Origin: Candidatus Cloacimonadales bacterium
Lineage (GTDB): Bacteria; Cloacimonadota; Cloacimonadia; Cloacimonadales; JAIOQZ01
DNA length: 64,000 nucleotides
Direction: 5' to 3'
Assembly (NCBI GenBank): GCA_963674825.1
Contig: OY771587.1
Span: 352,001-416,000 of the forward strand
Made by a program: the position numbers and the translations under genes. Position 1 is the first letter of the stretch; every line of letters starts with the position of its first letter. This document shows, piece after piece, positions 28,914 through 36,297 of this stretch. Under the pieces are notes generated by a model that saw only the letters and a list, made by a program, of their open reading frames with translations, was not told the DNA's origin and did no database searches.

Positions 28914-29954
28914 ATAAAACGTACGCTGATCCTGCTGCTGTTGCTAAGCGCAATATTGCTTCATGCCCGTCCTGACGACGGCTTGAAAAAAATCGACGCG
29001 ATTCTGGAGGACTCCCTTGCTGTGTGGTGTGAAGGGAAGATCACTTACCCTGCCGAATACGCTCTAATACGCGTATTCAAGCTCGAACAACGATGCGATA
29101 TTTGGGCCAGAAACGACTCCATGAGCACCATGCAATTGATTCACTCTGTTCCCATCTGCGATATGGACTTCCTGCCCGGACCCAAGCTCAAGCGTGGTGA
29201 TCTAATAACACCGGAAGGAATTTATTGGAGCTATCAGGTCAGCTACACGAAAAATCCATCCATGTGGATCAACCTCGAAGACGGCCATATCGATGACGAG
29301 AACAAAATCGGAACTGGCTATCTGCTCAAGCTATGCCTCAATTACCCCGATCCAATCGACAACCTGCGAACCCGTGAAATTGGCAGTCGCGATGCCGGCG
29401 GCCCTATATGCTTGCACGGAAATTGCCATTCCGAAGGCTGTGTATCCTACAAGAACCGGGATTTTCTGCCGGTCTTCGCTTTTATGATGCACCACAACGC
29501 CGAAGAATACGGTGCCATGCAAGTGCAGCTCTACCCGTTCGATTTCAGCGCCTACCCTCCCGAAGCCTGGGAGAAACTTCTGCCTGAGTATATCCATCGC
29601 TGGCGTTTTCCCAAAAAACGTCTCTTCATCCTATGGGAGAATCTCGCGTTTGCCGATTCACTCTTTAAAAGCAATCTCAACCGTGTTCGATACGATGAAT
29701 CTGGTGTCTTCCAGAAAGGATACGGATGCCCTCAGATCAAGGAACTCAAGAAATGGCTGAAGGATAATCATGGTTATTCCAGCGAAATCGATTGCTGGTA
29801 CGACGGAAGCCTCGAAGAGGCGATCAGAGCCTTCCAGAAGAAGAGCAGAATCGAAGTGGACGGCAAGATTGGACCCCAAACAATTAAAACACTGAAGAAA
29901 GCTGGATTTACAATCTACCCAGAACGACAATACAAAAAAAACAGCAAGAATTAA
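28914..29954 (+). CDS. L,D-transpeptidase-like (YafK/DpaA type) protein with C-terminal peptidoglycan-binding domain
   Basis: IRVFKLE, GPKLKRGD..TPEG, LNYP and ICLHGNCHSEGC motifs; AIRAFQ...VDGKIGPQT PG-binding motif. Signal peptide appears to begin at ATA 28914. Confidence 0.8.
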   Translation: MKRTLILLLLLSAILLHARPDDGLKKIDAILEDSLAVWCEGKITYPAEYALIRVFKLEQRCDIWARNDSMSTMQLIHSVPICDMDFLPGPKLKRGDLITPEGIYWSYQVSYTKNPSMWINLEDGHIDDENKIGTGYLLKLCLNYPDPIDNLRTREIGSRDAGGPICLHGNCHSEGCVSYKNRDFLPVFAFMMHHNAEEYGAMQVQLYPFDFSAYPPEAWEKLLPEYIHRWRFPKKRLFILWENLAFADSLFKSNLNRVRYDESGVFQKGYGCPQIKELKKWLKDNHGYSSEIDCWYDGSLEEAIRAFQKKSRIEVDGKIGPQTIKTLKKAGFTIYPERQYKKNSKN

Positions 29955-30027
29955 ACCCCGGAAATCTACGAAACCAGTCTTGACAAATGAATCGACTTTT
30001 GCACCATGGTTCGTAAAGGAGATAATT

Positions 30028-31725
30028 ATGGCAACACGGTACCTTATCATCGGTGGCGCTGCTGCGGGCCCCAAAACCGCTGCGAAGATCAGACGTCTTG
30101 ATGAATCGGCTGAAATTACCCTGATTCAAAAAGGCTCATATATGTCCATGGCATCCTGTGGATACCCATATTTTATCGGTGGAATGTTCGATGAAAAAGA
30201 AAAACTCGTCTGCACACCAACCGGTGCCCCGCGCAACGAGGCATTCTTCCAGAACGCGAAGAAAGTGAAAGCGCGTACCAACACCGAAGCGATCAACATC
30301 AATCCCGAGAAAAAACTCGTGACCGTTCGCTCGCTCGCAACCGGCGAGACAGAAGATATCCCCTACGACAAGCTCATGCTTGCTGTGGGCGCGTCTCCCA
30401 TCAAACCGCCTATCCCAGGCATTGACCAGGAAAACATCACCACCCTGCACGATATCAACAATGCCCTCTTCATCAAAGAAAAGGTTAAAAGCGGCAACAT
30501 CAAGAAAGCCGTGATCATCGGCGGTGGACTCATCGGTATCGAAACTGCCGAGGCCTTCGCTCTCGCGGGGATCAATGTCACTGTGGTGGAGAAACTTCCG
30601 TACATCCTGCCCTTCCTTGATCCAGAGATGGCCCTGACCGTCCAGAATCACTTACACCAGAAAGGCGCGCGTGTCATCACCGGCGTCGCAGCCATGGGAT
30701 TCCTCGGCGACGGTAAAGTTACCGGCGTGAAGCTTGATAACGGCGAAGAACTCGAAGCTGATTTCGTGGTCGTCTCCATCGGCGTGAAGCCCAACAACGA
30801 ACTCGCAAAAACCGCCGGACTTAAGCTCGGCGTCAAAGGCGCGATCAGTGTCAATAATTTCATGCAGACAAGCAACCCGGATATCTTCGCTGCTGGCGAC
30901 TGTGTGGAAGTTACAGATCTGGTCACCTTCAATAAAATCCACTGGCCTATGGGCGATGCCGCGAACCTCCAGGGACGCGTCGCAGCGCAGAATATGGTTC
31001 TCGGTAACCGCACAGAATACGAAGGTGCGGTTATGACTGGCATCTGCAAAGTGTTCGACTATGCGGCTGGTAGCGTGGGCCTCTCCGAAACCCGTGCACG
31101 TCAGGAAGGCTACAGCAATATCATGACCGCTATTCACGCCGCCCCGGACAAACCAGGCTTCATGGGCGGAAAGCTTATAATCATCAAGCTTGTGGCAGAT
31201 AAATCCACGGGCAAACTCCTCGGAATGCAGGCGGCAGGCCCCGGTGATGTCTCCAAGCGTCTCGCAATCGGTGCAATGGCGCTTCACAACTGCATGCACG
31301 TTCACCAACTGGTGAACCTCGATCTTCCCTATGCACCGCCATTCTCCCAAGCGCTCGATGGATTCATTACCGCTGTACATGTACTCGAAAACAAGCTTCT
31401 CAATCGCATGGACGGCATCAGTTCAATGGAACTCAAGGACATGCTGGATAAAGGCGAAGAGAAACCCTTCCTGCTGGATGTTCGCGGTCTGGACGAATTC
31501 GAACAGATGCGGCTTGATCGCGGCGAAACGTTGATCCCGCTCGGTAAGCTTCGCAACGAACTCGATAAACTCCCGCAAGACAAGAATGCGTTGATCGTCA
31601 CCTGGTGTAAGATCTCGCTCCGCGGCTACGAAGCTTCCTGTATCCTCCGTGGTAACGGTTACACCAACGTCAAGGTACTCGAAGGCGGATTGATGTCCTG
31701 GCCTTTTCAGATGACAAAGAAGTGA
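30028..31725 (+). CDS. CoA-disulfide reductase-like FAD oxidoreductase with C-terminal rhodanese domain (Npsr-like)
   Basis: IIGGAAAG, SCGYPY redox Cys, IGGGLIGIE, AAGDC and YAPPF motifs; rhodanese LLDVR...WCKISLRGY; SD AAGGAG. Confidence 0.9.
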   Translation: MATRYLIIGGAAAGPKTAAKIRRLDESAEITLIQKGSYMSMASCGYPYFIGGMFDEKEKLVCTPTGAPRNEAFFQNAKKVKARTNTEAININPEKKLVTVRSLATGETEDIPYDKLMLAVGASPIKPPIPGIDQENITTLHDINNALFIKEKVKSGNIKKAVIIGGGLIGIETAEAFALAGINVTVVEKLPYILPFLDPEMALTVQNHLHQKGARVITGVAAMGFLGDGKVTGVKLDNGEELEADFVVVSIGVKPNNELAKTAGLKLGVKGAISVNNFMQTSNPDIFAAGDCVEVTDLVTFNKIHWPMGDAANLQGRVAAQNMVLGNRTEYEGAVMTGICKVFDYAAGSVGLSETRARQEGYSNIMTAIHAAPDKPGFMGGKLIIIKLVADKSTGKLLGMQAAGPGDVSKRLAIGAMALHNCMHVHQLVNLDLPYAPPFSQALDGFITAVHVLENKLLNRMDGISSMELKDMLDKGEEKPFLLDVRGLDEFEQMRLDRGETLIPLGKLRNELDKLPQDKNALIVTWCKISLRGYEASCILRGNGYTNVKVLEGGLMSWPFQMTKK

Positions 31726-31747
31726 TCCATAATCGATAAAAAAATAG

Positions 31748-31776
31748 AACGCCCTGCATTTACAGGGCGTTTTTTT
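31748..31776 (+). terminator. Rho-independent terminator
   Basis: AACGCCCTG-CATTTA-CAGGGCGTT followed by a T run. Confidence 0.85.
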
Positions 31777-31870
31777 ACACAGATACATAATTAATTGTAT
31801 TAATTTAATACTTTAAAGGTCATCATCATCTCCTGTCTGCATATCAATGATTTTTCCGATTATTTAATAC

Positions 31871-31900
31871 TTGACACAACCTTCTTTTTTTACCTACACT
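31871..31900 (+). promoter_or_regulatory. Sigma70-type promoter candidate
   Basis: TTGACA-18bp-TACACT in an AT-rich intergenic region. Confidence 0.45.
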
Positions 31901-31973
31901 TGCATTAAGCAATAGATACTCACCCGATATTCAGCAATGAAGAAATAATGGACATTAACTCTTTGGAGGTTGT

Positions 31974-34190
31974 ATGCGAACTTTGTGCTTGATGTTGCTT
32001 CTACAAATCTTTGTCTTCTCACTCTTTGCTCGGGGTGTTCAGCCCGAAGGCTCAGGAACCATCGAAGATCCCTATCAAATTTCAGCTTTGAACAACCTGG
32101 AATGGCTTAGCTGCACATCCGCTGCCTGGAATTGTTTCTTTATCCAGACGGAAGACATCGACGCAACGGAAACAGAAAGCTGGAACGACGGAGCAGGGTT
32201 CGCTCCTATAGGAACCGTTTACAACTGTTTCAGTGGAACATATGATGCCTATGGGCATACGATATCGAACCTGACGATTAATCGCTCCAATGAAGATTAT
32301 ATTGGTTTTTTTGTTAACCTGCAAAACGCAACCGTCATTAACCTCTCACTGACCGATTGTTATGTCCATGGAGCATCTTCTGTAGGTGGGTTGGCTTGTT
32401 GGGCAAACTACAGTATCATTTCAAACTGCAACATTTCAGGGGAGATCCACGCTTCAGTCACAAATGCTGCCGCGCTGGCCGTCGATTCGATGTTCTCCAA
32501 TATGGATCATTGCTACAGCACAGCAAATGTTTTTGCCAATTCCGGTGTGGCTGCAGGACTGACCCCCGTCTATTATGGTGCAAATTTCGTTGATTGTCAT
32601 TACGATTACGAAACCGTCCTGATCAATGGTGAGCACGTCATACACTGCGGAGCGCTGCCAACTTATATGTATGAAGACTGGATCAATCATGATATGAGCC
32701 TGAATGTGGATGATTACCTCACATCAAACGGTAATAGATACCTGATCAATTCGTTTGAGGATTTCCAAACCCTACTCGCTTTCGGAAACATCGAAGTCCT
32801 CAATTTTCTGGTTACGACAGATATCGATTTCACTGATCACCCCAACTTCGTTCTTCCCGCAATGAAAGCCAATCTGGATGGTGGTGGCCACACGTTCAGC
32901 AATCTTTTCTTAGAACATCCAAGCTACAGCAAATATTTGGGATTTATCAGCGTGGCAGACAATTGCATGATCTCCAATTTATCGCTGACTAATCTTGAAG
33001 TTAACGGCGAGATGTATGTAGCGGCTCTACTTGGAATCGGGTGGTATGTTACCATTTCGAACTGCCACGCTGACGGCAATATCGATTGTATCGATTATGG
33101 TGGAGGAATCTGCGCTGAACTTTTCCACTCAACAGTGGAAGACTGCACTTTCAATGGTGAAATCTCATGTTCGGATTATGGTGGCGGAATTGCCGGACAT
33201 TTGTTTCAATGCAACTGTATCGATTGCCATGCCGATGTTACGATACATGGTACGAAATACATTGGCGGTATCGTAGGCTCATTCCAGTATAATAGCACTG
33301 CCATCCGCTGCTCGAGCTATGGATCTGTGATGGCCCAGGATAATAGTTCCGGCGGTTGCTTTGGATTCATGGAAGAGTTTTGTTATGCTGAACAATGCTT
33401 CTCAGCAATGAGTGTTGACGGATATTACGCATCCGGTGGATTCGCTGGCCAAATGCATGGCACTACGCTTAGAAACTGCTATTCTCTCGGCTCAGTTCAA
33501 GGGGAAGAGTATATTGGCGGTATAACTGGAAAAGCAACTCCTTTTAACGGCGCTCAAAGCAATATTCTGAATTGCTACACAGCCTGCGCTGTTGGCGATG
33601 GAGATTATTCTGGAGGCGTGGTTGGTTTCCGATATGAAGGTTCTGTAGAAAATACCTTCTGGGACCTTGAAGCAAGCGGAACAGACCAAAGCGAAGGCGG
33701 TACAGGCAAAACACATGACGAAATGCGAGAGATTGCCACCTACACCAGCCTTGAAACGGAAGGGCTCGATGAGCCATGGGACTTCATCGGCGATCCCAAT
33801 GACGACACGGGCCTGGACGACGTCTGGAGAATCCACGAAACCCTAAACGACGGCTTACCCTGCTTCACTTGGCAGGAATTCATGGCATCCGATGAGGATA
33901 CAATCGATGCACCGCAACTCACCAGCACGCTCCACTGTATTTACCCCAATCCCTTCAACCCGGAGACGACCATCTCCTTCAGCGTCGCAACCGGTGAAAC
34001 CGCAACTATTGAGATATTCAACATCCGTGGTCAGCGCGTGAAAAGTTTCGACCGCTTCCACGAGGGCCAGCACAACACCGTTTGGAACGGCACCGATGAC
34101 AGCAATCGCCACGTTGGCAGCGGTATCTACTTCTGCCGGCTGCTTACGGGCTCCAGAAGCGAAGTACGAAAACTGATGCTGCTGAAATGA
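31974..34190 (+). CDS. Secreted GLUG-motif beta-helix protein with FlgD-Ig-like C-terminal domain
   Basis: GSGTIEDPYQI; repeated VGGL/IGGI(V)G..NCYS GLUG units; C-terminal YPNPFNPETTISF...IFNIRGQRV. Confidence 0.82.
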   Translation: MRTLCLMLLLQIFVFSLFARGVQPEGSGTIEDPYQISALNNLEWLSCTSAAWNCFFIQTEDIDATETESWNDGAGFAPIGTVYNCFSGTYDAYGHTISNLTINRSNEDYIGFFVNLQNATVINLSLTDCYVHGASSVGGLACWANYSIISNCNISGEIHASVTNAAALAVDSMFSNMDHCYSTANVFANSGVAAGLTPVYYGANFVDCHYDYETVLINGEHVIHCGALPTYMYEDWINHDMSLNVDDYLTSNGNRYLINSFEDFQTLLAFGNIEVLNFLVTTDIDFTDHPNFVLPAMKANLDGGGHTFSNLFLEHPSYSKYLGFISVADNCMISNLSLTNLEVNGEMYVAALLGIGWYVTISNCHADGNIDCIDYGGGICAELFHSTVEDCTFNGEISCSDYGGGIAGHLFQCNCIDCHADVTIHGTKYIGGIVGSFQYNSTAIRCSSYGSVMAQDNSSGGCFGFMEEFCYAEQCFSAMSVDGYYASGGFAGQMHGTTLRNCYSLGSVQGEEYIGGITGKATPFNGAQSNILNCYTACAVGDGDYSGGVVGFRYEGSVENTFWDLEASGTDQSEGGTGKTHDEMREIATYTSLETEGLDEPWDFIGDPNDDTGLDDVWRIHETLNDGLPCFTWQEFMASDEDTIDAPQLTSTLHCIYPNPFNPETTISFSVATGETATIEIFNIRGQRVKSFDRFHEGQHNTVWNGTDDSNRHVGSGIYFCRLLTGSRSEVRKLMLLK

Positions 34191-34263
34191 TTTGTTTTTT
34201 CATTGACACGTGATGAACCGCCATGCGTAAGATGTGCTTTATATAACACTCGCAGGGGATAAC

Positions 34264-35973
34264 ATGGCAAAAGGCAATTCGCTTCTCTATGGTGTCGATG
34301 ACAAACCGCCTCTATTGACGACGATTGTTTTAGCGTTTCAATATGTCTTACTGACCATCAGCGGCATGATGCTCACGCCGATCATCATCGGTCATGCGTG
34401 CGGACTTAGCATCGAGCAAATCGAGTATTTCATCTTCGCAACCATGCTGGTCAGTGCGGTCTCGACCGTGATTCAGGTGCGCAGAGTGGGCAAAGTCGGC
34501 TCCGGATACCTGATGATTCTCGGGCCAAGCGGCGCGTTTATCTCCTGCAGCATCTCCGCTGTCATGATGGGCGGACTCCCTCTGCTCGGAACCATGGTTT
34601 TGCTCTCGGCTCCGCTCGAAGCCCTTATTGCATATCTGATACGCTACATACGCAAGATATTCACACCCGCACTCGGTGGCACGGTCATCATGCTGGTGGC
34701 AATCCTGCTCATCCCGCTTTCGTTCGAGATGTGGAGCGGTAAGAGCGATGACGATCTCTTCTGCTCGATACCCTATTTCATCACCGGCCTGGTGCCGTTT
34801 TTGATCATCTTCGGTTCCTACCTCAGCGATCGTAAGTGGGTTCGGCTCTGGAGTCCCATTTTCGGGATCATACTCGGTATTCTAGTCGCAATGCTCTTTG
34901 GCATCACCGATTTTTCCAGCATCAAGGCCTATCCGCTCCTGGCGCTCCCCCGCAGTGGCTATCCCGGGCTCGAGTTCCACCTCACATGGAGGCACTTGCC
35001 GCTCTTCATCACCTTCCTGATGGCCACCATTTCCAGCACGATCGAAACGTTCGGCGATACCGTCGCACTCCAGACTGTCTCCGAAGAGAAATTCAGCCGC
35101 ATCAACTACGACAGGCTTCAGGGCGGTATGTACGTTGACGCGGTAGGAAGCATGATCAGCGGAGCCGCAGCAGTAACTGCAAACACCACGTACAGCTCCG
35201 TCATGCCGGTTATCCAGCTCACACGTGTATCAGCTCGCATTATCGGCTACTATACAGCCGCAATTCTTGCTGTAATGGCATTCTTCCCCAAGCTGGCCTA
35301 TTTCTTTCTGGCGATCCCGGAACCCGTTATGGGCGGACTCAGCGTCGCACTGACTGCCATCTTGTTCGGAGAAGGCTTCAAAGTCGCCGCTACATCCGAG
35401 CTGAACGCAGAAAATGGCATCGTGATCGGTGCAGGTATGACTATGGGATTCCTGGCGAGTCTGGGTGTGTTCTTCCCCAGCCTGTTCCCCGAGAGCTTAC
35501 GTTTTCTGGCATCCGATGTCATTACCTTCGGCGGTATGACAGCCCTGATCCTCAACCTCTTCTTCGTCTTCAAGGTGCGCAAGAGCGAATCGATGACCAT
35601 CTCCGCCGATCATGAGAATCTGCCTGAGTTAATGCAGAAGATCGACAGCTTTCAGAGTCGTCTGAGAGTCAGCGAGAAACAGAAATACGCGTTGCAGCTT
35701 ACCTGTGAAGAGGTATTCGATTTTTTCTGCAATCAGAATCAATCCGGCACAGACATCTCCTTCCGCTGGAAATATCACCCCGAATATATTATCACCGAGA
35801 TATCCACCAAGGGTAATCTCGATCAAGTGGATGAAACCCCCAACCAATCCAATCTATATGAAATGACCGATGAAGAGATGAAATCGCTGGGACTTGTATT
35901 GCTCGGAAAAGTAGCATCCCACGTAGAGCACAACCAAATCAGCGGACACCACTACGTACAGTTCAGAGTGTAA
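34264..35973 (+). CDS. NCS2 (xanthine/uracil) permease fused to a degenerate RsbW-like HATPase domain
   Basis: LLYGVDDKPP, GKVGSG, STIETFGD and IPEPVMGG motifs, many TM helices; soluble tail LQLTCEEVF...SLGLVLLGKVA. Confidence 0.82.
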   Translation: MAKGNSLLYGVDDKPPLLTTIVLAFQYVLLTISGMMLTPIIIGHACGLSIEQIEYFIFATMLVSAVSTVIQVRRVGKVGSGYLMILGPSGAFISCSISAVMMGGLPLLGTMVLLSAPLEALIAYLIRYIRKIFTPALGGTVIMLVAILLIPLSFEMWSGKSDDDLFCSIPYFITGLVPFLIIFGSYLSDRKWVRLWSPIFGIILGILVAMLFGITDFSSIKAYPLLALPRSGYPGLEFHLTWRHLPLFITFLMATISSTIETFGDTVALQTVSEEKFSRINYDRLQGGMYVDAVGSMISGAAAVTANTTYSSVMPVIQLTRVSARIIGYYTAAILAVMAFFPKLAYFFLAIPEPVMGGLSVALTAILFGEGFKVAATSELNAENGIVIGAGMTMGFLASLGVFFPSLFPESLRFLASDVITFGGMTALILNLFFVFKVRKSESMTISADHENLPELMQKIDSFQSRLRVSEKQKYALQLTCEEVFDFFCNQNQSGTDISFRWKYHPEYIITEISTKGNLDQVDETPNQSNLYEMTDEEMKSLGLVLLGKVASHVEHNQISGHHYVQFRV

Positions 35974-35981
35974 GGTAGCCC

Positions 35982-36277
35982 ATAAAAGTATCGTACTGGA
36001 TTCTGCTATTCACGCTGGTGGTGCTGACCGCCGGTTACATTCACCTGCACGACGGTGAAGTGATAAACTTCAGCTTTCTGGCAAGCTATATAACCCCGAT
36101 CGTGTTTATCGTTCTGGGGGATGTATCGGAAGATTCGTCTACTATAAACTACCCGGTGTAACACGCTATGCAATGGGTACCGCGCATGGTCATCCTGGTA
36201 TGTATTTGAAGTTGGTCGGCTGGCTGCTGCTGGTAGGTCAGTTTATCCGATTCGCCGCGATTCAGTTGCTTACGTAA
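35982..36277 (+). pseudogene. Possible frameshifted small membrane protein
   Basis: Hydrophobic frame (I)KVSYWILLFTLVVLTAG...IVFIVLG at 35982-36161; a second hydrophobic frame ...YLKLVGWLLLVGQFIRFAAIQLLT ends at 36277; G5 run at 36116-36120. Confidence 0.3.
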
Positions 36278-36297
36278 TCATCTCTTTACTCAGAAAA

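Noticed and set aside
14680..34190. Similar 3' ends of CTD genes as a diversity-generating retroelement TR/VR pair
   Set aside because: The similarity is short, explained by shared protein motifs, not adenine-specific, and no reverse transcriptase is present.
34191..34263. Purine riboswitch upstream of the NCS2 permease
   Set aside because: The 73-bp gap lacks the conserved purine-riboswitch core and any expression platform.
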